64,000 nt of DNA from Octopus sinensis. Its lineage: Eukaryota. Below the pieces are notes generated by a model, which did no database searches, was not told where the DNA came from, and saw only the letters and a program-made list of their open reading frames with translations. Below are positions 1 to 11,760 of the stretch, in pieces. Location: contig NC_042998.1 in assembly GCF_006345805.1 (NCBI RefSeq), positions 48,546,001-48,610,000 of the forward strand. The letters are read 5' to 3'. The translations under genes were made by a program, and so were the position numbers. Within the stretch, counting starts at the first letter, position 1. Every line of letters starts with the position of its first letter.

Positions 1-203
1 TACTTCCTGTTTCTGTTGTCCTTGTATTTCAAAAAGGGCCGGCCTTGTCACTCTCTGTGTCACGCCTGAATATCCCCGAGAAAACTACGTTAAGGGTACA
101 CGTGTCTGTGGAGTGTCAGCCACTTACACGTTAATTTCACGAGCAGGCTGTCCGTTGATTCGGATCAACCGGAACCCTCGTCGCGTAACCGACGGAGTGC
201 TTC
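1..203 (+). mobile_element. 3' part of an interspersed retroposon (SINE/RTE-tail-like), cut by the window edge
   Basis: GC-richer segment ending in a small hairpin (ctcgtcg...cgacgga) and an A-run at 204-211; recalled as a common octopus repeat; no second copy in the window. Confidence 0.55.
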
Positions 204-520
204 AAAAAAAAATTACCAGTAGAGCATACGGGATAATGTCATATGCATATGGAATACATATCAACTCACATATATAAACAATAAACAGTGATGAAACATA
301 TTGTGTCCTATCGTAATACACACATATGTATGCCATTTTATCCTCCACGCACACACGTACACAAAAGACACATACATTTTAATGCATATATCCGACAATC
401 CAGATTACCACAAATGCTATCTAGAGCCTGCTCCATTTTTTAGCGACCAGCTTGAAGTCTGCAAAAGAACAAAACTTTTGGCAGCTTGAATCGCAAAGAA
501 ACATATACACTTATATATAG

Positions 521-665
521 GATGACTGCGTGGTAAGTTTGCTTCCCAAATACGTGATTCTAGGTTCAGTCCCGCTGGCTTGGGCAAGAGTCTTCTTCTA
601 TAACCTCGAGCCAATTAAAGTTTTGTGAGTGGATTTGGCAGACGGAAACTGAAAGAACCCGTCGC
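521..665 (+). mobile_element. SINE family A, head half
   Basis: A-box/B-box-like head (tgcgtggtaag...ggttcagtccc), then gtggatttggcagacggaaactgaaaga, running into (TA)n. Confidence 0.85.
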
Positions 666-670
666 AATAT

Positions 671-735
<65 letters not shown>

Positions 736-795
736 TATGTATATGTTATATATATATATATATATAATATATATATAATATATATATATATATTA
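666..795. repeat. (TA)n microsatellite
   Basis: direct reading. Confidence 0.95.
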
Positions 796-937
796 CAGTT
801 CCATTTGAAAACCCCACTAGAATGGGAGAAAGTGCTAATAGATGATCTAAGTTATATGATGTATAAGAACATGAAATATACAAATAAATATCTGTAAATA
901 TAAAACCATCCGAATTTCTGATTACCTCATTTCTTCT

Positions 938-938
938 A

Positions 939-1008
<70 letters not shown>

Positions 1009-1055
1009 GTGTGGTGTGTGTGTGTGTGTGTGTGTGTTTGTGTGTGTGTGCGTAT
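938..1055. repeat. (TA)n-(TG)n compound microsatellite
   Basis: direct reading. Confidence 0.95.
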
Positions 1056-1460
1056 GTGTGTTGTAAATACCCAACTAAAACCGAAGAACAAACACAAAAG
1101 AAAAGACAACAATGTGAGGACGTGGTACATGTAAAGTAGAAACAGACGCGCAGGAAAGGAAAGAAATGTGGTTTTACGTTTTGGGCAAAGCTCTTCTGCA
1201 GAAACAGGAAACAGATCTAATAGAAAAGAAAGACAAAGGAAAAAAATTCGCCAATGATCCCCATGTGGTCACACAACACCACACACCACTACACCATACA
1301 CCGCCATACCACATCATATCACATCACATCACGCCACCACGCATACACTAGTACTGACCACTTCCCAGCCCCACATCCACACACTTAACCATACACACAC
1401 GCCCACGTCAATGTCACCAGCCCTCTTCCACACGCACATACATGCTCTCTTATACACACA

Positions 1461-1895
1461 ACGGCAGATGAAATACCTATCTCTTTACTACCCACAAGGG
1501 GCTAAACACAGAGCGGACAAACAAGGACAGACAAACGGATTAAGTCGATTATATAGACCCCAGTGCGTAACTGGTACTATTTAATCGACCCCGAAAGGAT
1601 GAAAGGCAAAGTCGACCACGGCGGAATTTGAACTCAGAACGTAGCGGCAGACGAAATACCTATCTTTTTACTACCCACAAGGGGCTAACCACAGAGGGGA
1701 CAAACATGGACAGACAAACGGATTAAGTCGATTATATCAACCTCAGTGCGTAACAGGCACATATTTAATCGACCCCGAAAGGATGAAAGGCAAAGTCGAC
1801 CTCGCCGGAATTTGAACTCGGAACGTAGCGGCAGACGAAATACCGCTAAGCATTATCGCCTGTCATGCTAAAGTTTCTGCCAGCTCGCCGCCTTA
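1461..1895 (-). mobile_element. SINE family B, head-to-tail concatemer (2 units plus one head)
   Basis: Motif aaatacc at 1471, 1654, 1838 (period ~184); core gcctttcatcctttcggggtcgat (recalled as Meta/MESC-like); B-box-like gagttcaaattcc; head gccagctcgccgcctt at 1879-1894. Confidence 0.9.
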
Positions 1896-2219
1896 AACCT
1901 TCTAAATACTGTCTACTCATCAAGTTAGAGATATCTGATAAAATACTACGGGCAACAGCCACCAATTTTATTCATTTACACATCTTTGAGTTCGCTGGTA
2001 GCACATATTAACTGAATTACTTAAATAGGTTTTCCGTGAACTGTTAATAACAAAGAGAAGTGGCTGTGGACTTATTTCTCCCCGTGTAAAACGAACGGTA
2101 TAAACATTCCCAATAAGCCGGTAATAAGTAGGTTTCTTTTTTTTTTTACACAATGGGGATAAATGTATGTTTACTTAACTTAGGCATACAAGCGTTTTCA
2201 CTATTTAGCTTCGCATATC

Positions 2220-2633
2220 TCTCTTTTACTTGTTTCAGTCATGTGACTGTGGCTATACTGAAGTATCGCCTTTAGTCGAGCACATCGACCCCAGGGCTTA
2301 TTCTTTGTAAGCCTAGTACTTATTCTAGTGGTCTCTTTTGCCGAACCGCTAAGTTACGGGGACGTAAACACACTAGCATCGGTTGTCAAGCGATATTGAA
2401 GGGACAAACACAGACACTCAAACATATACACACATACACACACACACATATATAGATACATACATGTATACGACGGGCTTCTTTCAGTTTATGTCTACCA
2501 AATCCACTCCCAGGGCTTTGGTCGGCCCGAGACTATAGTAGAAGACACTTGCCCAAGGTGTCACGCAGTGGGACTGAACTCGGAACCATGTGGTTGGTAA
2601 GCAAGCTACTTACAACACAGCCACTCCTACGCC
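2220..2633 (-). mobile_element. SINE family A, full length
   Basis: Tail cttttacttgtttcagtcat, internal (CA)/(TA) tract, head cagccactcctacgcc. Confidence 0.9.
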
Positions 2634-2779
2634 TATATGCTTAGCTAATTAATATATTCGCCTAGATTTCTTCAGTCCCTACTTTCTATCATTATACATG
2701 CATGCACACACACAAAACACCACATACACCCACACACACCCACACACAACACAACCGCACACATATATATATATCTTTC

Positions 2780-3022
2780 TCTCTTTTCTCTTTTACTTGT
2801 TTCAGTCATTTGACTGCGGCCATGCTGGAGCACCGCCTTTAATCGAGCAACTCGACCCCGGGACTTATTCTTTTGTAAGCCCAGTACTTATTCTATCGGT
2901 CTCTTTTGCCGAACCGCTAAGTAACGGGAACATAAATACACTAGCATCGGTTGTCAAGCAATGCCGGAACCCGGAACCATGTGGTTGGTAAACAAGCTAC
3001 TTACCACACAGCCACTCCTGCG
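2780..3022 (-). mobile_element. SINE family A, internally deleted
   Basis: Tail half near-identical to 30985-31170, joined directly to the head (ggaacccggaaccatgtgg); middle and microsatellite missing. Confidence 0.9.
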
Positions 3023-3440
3023 ACTATATATATATATATATAGCTATTATTAATAATAAAATGTATGGAGGCCTGTACACCTACAAAATTTATTTTATAA
3101 TCTTATACGGCATATTATAATGACCTACAGTTATTTCCGCTGCTGCGACTACTCACTGTTGCAAATGCAACCTTGCATTATTGTCAGTGCAGCTTCATCA
3201 GGGTTCATCCATTTGGTCCTCCTCGAAGTAAACTGGTTGCAGTAAATTTTTGGTACCTATTGTTCTGCGGAAGGTGCTGGGGTGTTATAGGCACGTATTG
3301 TTGACCTCAGATTCACACCAATCGCTGTCAGAAGTTAGGGCTTGATCTAAAATAGGTCACGGTCAAACTTATGGCTTTTGCAAGGCTTTTTGTTCATATT
3401 AATGGTTGTGTGTGCTCTATTTTTGATTTCGAGTGTAGTG

Positions 3441-3550
3441 TTTGTTATATCAAGGTCAATTGTTGCTGGGGCGTTGACTTAGGGAGATGGCTATCTAGAA
3501 TTATTCTAAATAGTCAACACCCCAACAACAACTGAGCTTGATATAACAAA
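3441..3550. repeat. Inverted repeat / hairpin, 39-bp arms, 32-nt loop
   Basis: 3441-3479 vs reverse complement of 3512-3550: 35/39 identical. Confidence 0.9.
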
Positions 3551-4139
3551 TGGAATAACATAGATTAAACACAAAATATTTAATGACCATTGCTAATTTA
3601 AAAAAATCAAATACCGTACTCAATGTATAATGCAAAACATGACCAGCTCTACCAAAAAAAAAAAATGAATGAATATATGAACAAAAATGAATATTAAAAC
3701 AAAATATACAAAAAATGAATATATATATAAAAATATTATGAATATATAAACAAATATATTCACTAAATATATATTCATTTTTTTCTTTAGTTGAGCTGCT
3801 CATGATTAATGCATAGATGTACGCATAATTTCTTCCATATTGAAATTAACACTACATAGATGCTGCGAAACGACCGTAATCCTCTGGAAGCCATGCAGTA
3901 AATAGATAAATACTCACCTCTCATATCTCCTGACTTTTTAGCTTTGTATACTTCTCAAGAAATAATTTCATTTATTGGATCTTCCGGATTTTAGTTACAT
4001 GAACAGTCTACATTACACTTATTTGTAATGGTTTACTCTGTAGACTGCTAGCCGAATCCGTAAGAGAAGCTTTCAGTGACAGTCGCACGATTCTCTGAAT
4101 CTTATACTACACATTTATACATGTATGCATGCACGCACA

Positions 4140-4161
4140 CACGCACGCACGCACACACACA

Positions 4162-4208
<47 letters not shown>

Positions 4209-4290
4209 AGTGTGTGAATGAATGTGTGTGTGAAAGGACGAAAGGCAAAGTCGACCTCAGCGGATTTTGAACTCAGAACGTCAAGACATT

Positions 4291-4369
<79 letters not shown>

Positions 4370-4395
4370 GCGTGTGTGTATGTGTGTGTGTACAT
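4140..4395. repeat. (CA)n and (TG)n tracts flanking a ~50 bp SINE-B fragment (4232-4283, minus)
   Basis: gaaaggcaaagtcgacctcagcggattttgaactcagaacg lies between opposite-strand dinucleotide tracts. Confidence 0.85.
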
Positions 4396-4752
4396 ATATT
4401 AACATTTGGCTTTCGTATAGCGATACTAAAAGCTTGCTATTAGAATTCAATATGCGTATGCTTCAGAATGATGCATGCAAGGAAATATTAGATTAAATTC
4501 ACTGACAAGGGATCAGGAATTACACAATCAACGCTATTAGCTTACAACTGTTTCTGCTTTAAGAAGAAGTGCACACAGAGCTGACTGCTTATGCACCATA
4601 GTATACCTTCCTCAGAGCTTTTAAAAAGTAGAGTATGTTTATTTGGAAAAAAGCATATAAATACACGGGAAAGATGAAAATACATAAGTAATAAGTAATG
4701 TTAGGAGATTGACAGACAGAAAGCACTCACTGAAAATATGCAGATTTAAATA

Positions 4753-4821
<69 letters not shown>

Positions 4822-4826
<5 letters not shown>

Positions 4827-5116
4827 AATTAGAGAAAAACCACCATGTAGCAATTCAACAATGATATAATTAAATTATACAATATATAAAAAAAATTAAA
4901 TATACGATAAAACATTTACCTATAATTAAGTAAAGTACAGAATAATAAATAAATAAATAGTATATAATTAGTATACTAATAATATGTTATTTATTATTTT
5001 CTACTTTATTTAGTTCTAGGTAAATGTTTTATCGTATATTTAATTTTTTTCTAAATGGTATGATTTAATTATATCATTGTTGAATTGTTACATGGTGGTT
5101 CTTCTTTAATTTATAT
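4822..5116. repeat. AT-rich foldback element (~130-bp arms, ~35-nt loop)
   Basis: 4824-4952 vs reverse complement of 4987-5114, roughly 85-90% identical by eye (e.g. aaccaccatgt/acatggtggtt; tatacgataaaacatttacct/aggtaaatgttttatcgtata). Confidence 0.85.
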
Positions 5117-5197
5117 TCATATATTATATATTGTAAATTTGATTTAATATTACTAACTTGAATTTTTTCTTCTAAGTTTGGAATCATATTCCCTATA

Positions 5198-5296
<99 letters not shown>

Positions 5297-5300
5297 TATA
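5198..5300. repeat. (ATT)n followed by (TA)n
   Basis: direct reading. Confidence 0.95.
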
Positions 5301-5584
5301 ATTCAGTTTTGGGGATTAATAGATATTCGGGTATTCTATTTCAGATATTACAAAATAAAACCTAATGAATACCTCTGAAAGTAAACTCATGGTATCCATT
5401 GCAATCACGAAATAATACTTAAAGGACATAACCATTATACCAACAGGGTATATACTATACTTCCTTAATTATCTCCTAATTTAGTTAACACTAAATGAAT
5501 TAAATATGAAGGAACTATACGTGTTTCAGTATTGGAAGATTACAATATATATACATACACACAGTTGTATACACAATACACACA

Positions 5585-5702
<118 letters not shown>

Positions 5703-6340
5703 GCATATTCTCAGATTTACAATTATTCCAACACGTCTTCAGGTTCTTTTTCAAAATATTATAAATCTAATTTTACATCCGTTTTAAAAATAAGCATTAA
5801 AGATTAAAAATTAAAACTTAAAATTATACTTTGTAATATTAAGAATTAAAATTTACAAATTATACATCAGAAATATGAATTAGTATATATATCAACCTCG
5901 TAAAGTCAAGTATATAATGTCAAATACAAATTATAAGATATAAAATTATACTTTAGAATTAAAATGTCTGTGTTTAAATGTGAAATATAAGAAGAAAACT
6001 TTTTCTTGTTATATTTCATATTTAAATACATTTAAAGACAGACAGAAAGAGAACGAATCTTGAGTCTAAAGAAATATATTGTGCTGGCCTTAGAGAGATA
6101 AATCTAGCTAGATTGACGATATGTCACCTGGTGATCTTTTATATGTATTTAAATACTTTGCCAAATGAAGATAAAAGCTTCGAGGAAGATATAAGAGGCT
6201 GTACAAGCACTCAGCACTGAGCGACCAGCATCTTATAGCAGAAACAGCTGTAAGATATTGAAGTGATTACGTAATTAATGTTTCTTTGTCAATCTATTTA
6301 ATTTTTTAAGAAATGTGTGCGTATTTGTGTATGTGTGTGT

Positions 6341-6385
<45 letters not shown>

Positions 6386-6513
6386 CGCGCATGTGCACTC
6401 ATGTTCTCCATTAAGTTTTCATGAGTCAGAAAAAAGTAGGTAGTTGTATATTAGTTAACAGAGTAAGTATATTATTTATTTGAGATGACAATGTTATATA
6501 TATATATATACAT

Positions 6514-6906
6514 GGCGCAGGAGTGGCTGTGTGGTAAGTAGCTTGCTAACCAACCACATGGTTCCGGGTTCAGTCCCACTGCGTGGCATCTTGGGCAAGT
6601 GTCTTCTGCTATAGCCCCGGGCTGACCAATGCCTTGTGAGTGGATTTGGTAGACGGAAACTGAAAGAAGCCTGTCGTATATATGTATATATATATGTGTA
6701 TGTGTGTGTTTGTGTTTGTCCCCCAAGCATTGCTTGACAACCGATGCTGGTGTGTTTATGTCCCCGTAACTTAGCGGTTCGGCAAAAAGTGACCGATAGA
6801 ATAAGTACTGGGCTTACAAAAAGAATAAGTCCCGGGGTCGAGTTGCTCGATTAAAGGCGGTGCTCCAGCATGGCCGCAGTCAACTGACTGAAACAAGTAA
6901 AAAGAA
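6514..6906 (+). mobile_element. SINE family A, full length, young (reference copy)
   Basis: ggcgcaggagtggctgtgtggtaag (A box), ggttcagtccc (B box), cttgggcaagtgtc core, internal (TA)/(TG) tract, tail actgaaacaagtaaaaag. Confidence 0.92.
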
Positions 6907-7559
6907 ACAACAAAAAAAGAGCATGCTTTAACAATGATAAATAACACCGTTCCTTTGTACAGCGAGTACGGTTTTAACATTTTTATCTACACTTATGTAT
7001 TTACTATGCACACAGACACGCATACATACATACACACACACACTCACACACACAAACAAACAAATACACACATACACACACTCTCACATGTAAACACACA
7101 GACAACGACGCGCACACATTTGCACACATACTTCTATGTATACATGATGCCCGCAAATGCTAAGACAGATGTTCATATTGTATGCAGATGGAAGTGGATG
7201 TAATTGTTAGTTCATGAAATTTTAAGATGAAACTGATTTATTCACTGAAACAAATATGTTTAAGACCGCTATTCATGTAGGACTTTGGTCGTTTTGTCTT
7301 AAACAAACTAATGAACATTAGATTTCATATATTAAGAGAAATATGCTAAATATATAAATATGTAATTGTTGAAGAATTGAAACTCTTATCCAATTGTTAG
7401 GTAGTCGTTAGAGACAGAAGATATTATTGTAGGAAACGTGCTAATGCATTATGGTATATTATATGTAAATACAATCTCTGTAACAACCGAAGAAACATAT
7501 TGATAATTATTTTGGCTTCAAGGTACGTAGTAGATTAGCTAAATTGTTGGTTCCGATTT

Positions 7560-8150
7560 TCTCTTTTAGTCTGGGTAGAATGGACAGTGCCCATAGCCTT
7601 TCTGTGTTCGTCTAGACATTGCAATATACATAGTTTGATATAGTTTGTATTGCGATTGGTCAGTGTGGAATCTTACTGCTAAATAACAAAAGGGTTAACG
7701 TAGATCTGATCTAAAAGGAGGTCCAAACGAATGGTGTTCAGGCGAAGTAAAACTGGATATAGATGAAATGTTTAGTGCGAATATAGTTAGTAAAGAAGAA
7801 AAGAAAGGGCAGCGGGATGAAGAGAGAGGCAGAATGATCAAGAATTTCACTTTGATAACATAGGAGATCGGGTTCGGCCACAGTGTGAAGTATCTGGGAC
7901 AAATATCTTCTATTATAGTCTTAGGTCACCCAGAGCTTTGAACAGGAAATAACAGACGGAAATTCTGTGAAAGCCCTTTGGCAAAGCGGTACCTGTTATT
8001 CAAAGGCCCAGCCTTAGCTCTCACTATTTCTCACGCGGAATCTTATTGGGCATTTTGAAACGGGCTTGCATGTCCGTGGACTACTCAGCCACATACGCTA
8101 TAATTCAATGACTAGATAGTTCAGTTGATTTAACAATTGCGACAGCCATC
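7560..8150 (-). mobile_element. possible heavily decayed Penelope-like C-terminal fragment
   Basis: Broken minus-strand peptides QVPL, SEILDHSASL and LDEHRKA in the same order as LTY..., RDLLVHSS and FAEHLRD of the 12.7 kb element; weak. Confidence 0.3.
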
Positions 8151-9270
8151 GTCGAAACAGACGGGGTACCATTGGAATATGAATTCAAATATTTTACGTA
8201 TGTGGCTATATAATACAGTCAGCTATCCCACACGAGCGAGCGTGGCTTGGAAAAATGTACCATTCACAAATTCTTTTAGGTGTTCAGGTCGTCGCGTCTA
8301 GATATAAACACGCACTTGGCCCTCCTATTCTTGGCCCAGTGAAAAATAGAAGATATGACTATTGTAACTCAATATTCACATGCTTTAGAATGAAGCGTTC
8401 GGCTTGTACGCAGCGAAATATTAAATTAATAGACTGACAAGGGATCAGGAATTAAGCAATCAACTTCACTAGCTTACAGTTGTTTCCGCTGTAAAAAAAA
8501 AAGACAGTGCACTCAGAGCTAATTGCTTGAGCATCTCTGTTTAGCTTTAAATGAAGAGAATGTTTCTTTGGGAAAGCAAATAAATACACTGGAAAGATGA
8601 CCCTCGAAGAGATGAAAATACATAGGAAATGATGTCAAGAGGATTGTAGGCTACAACAAAGCAAAATGAAGTGCCTTGCTTAAGAACAAAACGTAGTACT
8701 TTGTTAAGAAGTGGAATGCAACTGTTGTCAACGATGGGAAGAGTATAGCTATCGGCTGAGTCTATAATCAAGATTGTACCACGACCTTCCCTTAAGAATG
8801 AAAAGAAGGCTTGTTTTCTCTGCGTCGTAGCCATACTGAAAGAAACAGCATGGAAGACGCGTGTAAGAGGTATAGTGACGAGTACTTTCGTCTCCGGCCA
8901 GGGATTGGTTTACTTCTTTAGTTACCACCTCGATAGCAAGATCAGGCTGGAGAAGATACCTGTCACAGATCAAAAGATAGAAGCAAGCAGTGAACAAGCT
9001 GCGAGTGACTGGAACCAGAAAAGTGGGGCCAGAAGAAAAAGTAAAGGTTCGAACCTGGTGGTTGGATGCCTTTCCTTCAGTCACACATTGCAAAATTTGC
9101 AATGATCATCAAGTTTATACAGAAATTTTTAAAGAGAAAAAAAGAATAATTTTTAACAGCATGACATTCGGAACTGTTTCATTCGCAATAAACAACTTCT
9201 TCACCCTCTATGTTTGTCTGTCCTTGTTTGTCCCATCTATGCACGGCTTCCATAGCTAATTTATGAAATA

Positions 9271-9575
9271 TAGAAGCTTGCTTCCCAACCACATAATTCC
9301 GGGTTCACTCGGGCGACCAAAGCCTAGTGGTAGACGGAAACTGAAAGGAGGTGTGTAGGTATGCTTTTATCTCTATGTTTGTCTCTCACCACCGCTTGAC
9401 AACCGAAGTTGGCACGTTTATGTTGCCGTCACTTAGCGGCAAAAGAGCCAGATAGAATAAGTGCCAGACTTTGAGAAAAAAAAATAGTATGGTCGATTCG
9501 TTCGACTAAAAATTCTTGAGAGCAGTTCCAGCATGGCCGCAGTCTAATAAAAACTGAAACAAGTAAAAGATAGAA
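9271..9575 (+). mobile_element. SINE family A, decayed and deleted
   Basis: agcttgcttcccaaccac, gacggaaactgaaag, gatagaataagt, gcatggccgcagt, tgaaacaagtaaaaga. Confidence 0.85.
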
Positions 9576-9627
9576 AAACAAAAGATAATGCGTGTGTGTT
9601 TATACAGATATTCTTTCTTTTTATTAT

Positions 9628-9835
9628 TTTACTTGTTTCAGTCATTTCACTGCAGCTATGCTGGAGCACTGTCTTTAGTCGAATAAATCGACCCCAGGAC
9701 TTATTCTTTGTAAGCCTAGTACTTATTCAATCGATCTCTATTTGCCGAACCACTAAGATACGGCGTGTAGACACGCCACCATCGGTTGTCAAGCGATGGT
9801 GGTGGTGGTGGTGGGGGGGAGAAACACAGACGCAT
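9628..9835 (-). mobile_element. SINE family A, tail half
   Basis: ttttacttgtttcagtcat...gacttattctttgtaagcctagtacttattc...cggttgtcaagcg. Confidence 0.88.
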
Positions 9836-9839
9836 AAAC

Positions 9840-10060
9840 ATAGACACTCACACACACACACACACACATATAGATAGATACATACATGCATAAATTTTTA
9901 GACAAATATTTATACGTCTGTGCTCGAAAGATCACGAGCAACACACACGTACACACACACACACACATACATACATACATACATACATACATACATACAT
10001 ACATACATGCATACATACATTTATAAATACATTCATGCATACATACATACATACATACAT

Positions 10061-10094
<34 letters not shown>

Positions 10095-10120
10095 CACACA
10101 CACACACACATATATATTAT

Positions 10121-10162
<42 letters not shown>

Positions 10163-10165
10163 GAC
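9840..10165. repeat. compound (CA)n/(ATAC)n/(TA)n microsatellite
   Basis: direct reading. Confidence 0.95.
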
Positions 10166-10365
10166 ATGTGATCTGCGTGCAGGAACCTGAATGTATCTGT
10201 GTGTGTTCGCTCATCATGTATCACTGATTTTGCAATCATGAGATTGCTATAGGGGCTACAGGAGAGCGTGTGTAAACCATAACAACATAATGTGAATTAA
10301 GACATGAATCAACCGCAAGTTAAAATCATTACTTCTTACATCTTATTCATGTATATCTCACAAAA

Positions 10366-10433
10366 CGGCTTAGTGCATTTGAGAATCTCGTCTGTTCGTT
10401 ACAACAGACGAGATTTTCAATGATCTTAAGCCG
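10366..10433 (+). other. 68-nt hairpin in unique sequence
   Basis: ttgagaatctcgtctgtt pairs with aacagacgagattttcaa (18 bp, one G-U); outer cggctta/taagccg. Confidence 0.8.
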
Positions 10434-10539
10434 ATCTATTGACCTAAATACGCAGCTCTTGGGAAATCGTTTTTCTGCTTTTGAGCTGCAAGCAAATAAT
10501 ATTCTGTAAGCATCTATCTAGGAAATAAAATTATTTGTG

Positions 10540-10697
10540 TGTGTTCGCGCGTGTATGTATGTATGCATGCATGCACGTATGTATATGTGTGTGTGTATTC
10601 ATAAGTGTGTATGTATGTTTTATGTATGTATATCTATCTCATTAGCACTCTGTCTGCCTGTCAGACTATCTCTCTATCTATCTCTCACTCACACACA

Positions 10698-10753
<56 letters not shown>

Positions 10754-10768
10754 TTATCTATATATATA

Positions 10769-10812
<44 letters not shown>

Positions 10813-10813
10813 G

Positions 10814-10869
<56 letters not shown>

Positions 10870-10935
10870 ATACATATACACACACACATATGTATGTATA
10901 TATGTCTGTGTGTATGTGTGTGTGTGCGTGTGTAA
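10540..10935. repeat. compound (ATGT)n/(ATCT)n/(TA)n microsatellite
   Basis: direct reading. Confidence 0.95.
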
Positions 10936-11039
10936 GTATTTATAATGGACTCTCTCGTCGAATACGACGTATGAACGCTCAGCGTTTGGCAAATGACCTG
11001 CACAAAATGATTTGTTTGTAGTGATCAAATGTTCGTGTT

Positions 11040-11237
11040 GCACATTAGCTCACTCTCTCCATCAAATCGATATTGTCTGAACAGCTGCACTGTGTACCAC
11101 CCGTCAGGTGGGGAAGTGATCGAAGAGCAACGTCAGAGGAAGTGTATTGCTCAAGAACACAACGCTCCGTCTAGTCTAGGAATTGAAAGCACGATCGCTA
11201 GATCATGGGTGCAACACCTTAGCCACTAGGCCATGCG
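11040..11237 (-). mobile_element. SINE family C/D-like, decayed
   Basis: ttgctcaagaacacaac and agccactaggccatgcgcc match 23455-23548 and 26720-26740. Confidence 0.75.
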
Positions 11238-11259
11238 CCCTTATACACATACACACATA

Positions 11260-11290
11260 TATATTTACTTGGCGACAAAGATATATATAT

Positions 11291-11341
<51 letters not shown>

Positions 11342-11498
11342 TATATATATATATATATACTGATATGCACGCTCACTTGCTGCGTACATCCATACATGAA
11401 AATGCACGCACATACACTTGCGTATATGTGCGTTTATGTAGGTGTGTAATGTGTGTGAGTGTGCGCGTGCGTGTGTGTGTGTGCATAATTATATGTAT

Positions 11499-11543
<45 letters not shown>

Positions 11544-11760
11544 TCATATATATATATATTTATGTATGTATAAATGTATATATGCATGTCTATAAATATA
11601 TATACATACATATGTTCATATACATACATATATATATATATGTAATATAATATATGTATGTATGTATATATATATATACATATATATATACATACATACA
11701 TACATACATGCATACCATACATGCATACATACATACATGCATACATATTGTTGTATTTCG
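11260..11760. repeat. compound (CA)/(TA)/(ATAC) microsatellite field
   Basis: direct reading. Confidence 0.95.

Noticed and set aside
3130-3360. Minus-strand WMNPDEAALTIMQGCICN resembling a CXC-tailed DNA transposase end
   Set aside because: One weak motif with stops around it; cannot be supported by eye.
8547-9105. Overlapping ORFs vaguely like a LINE APE endonuclease (PDLAI, GRGTILII, FVVAYNP)
   Set aside because: Catalytic motifs are not convincingly present; similarity is at noise level without an HMM search.
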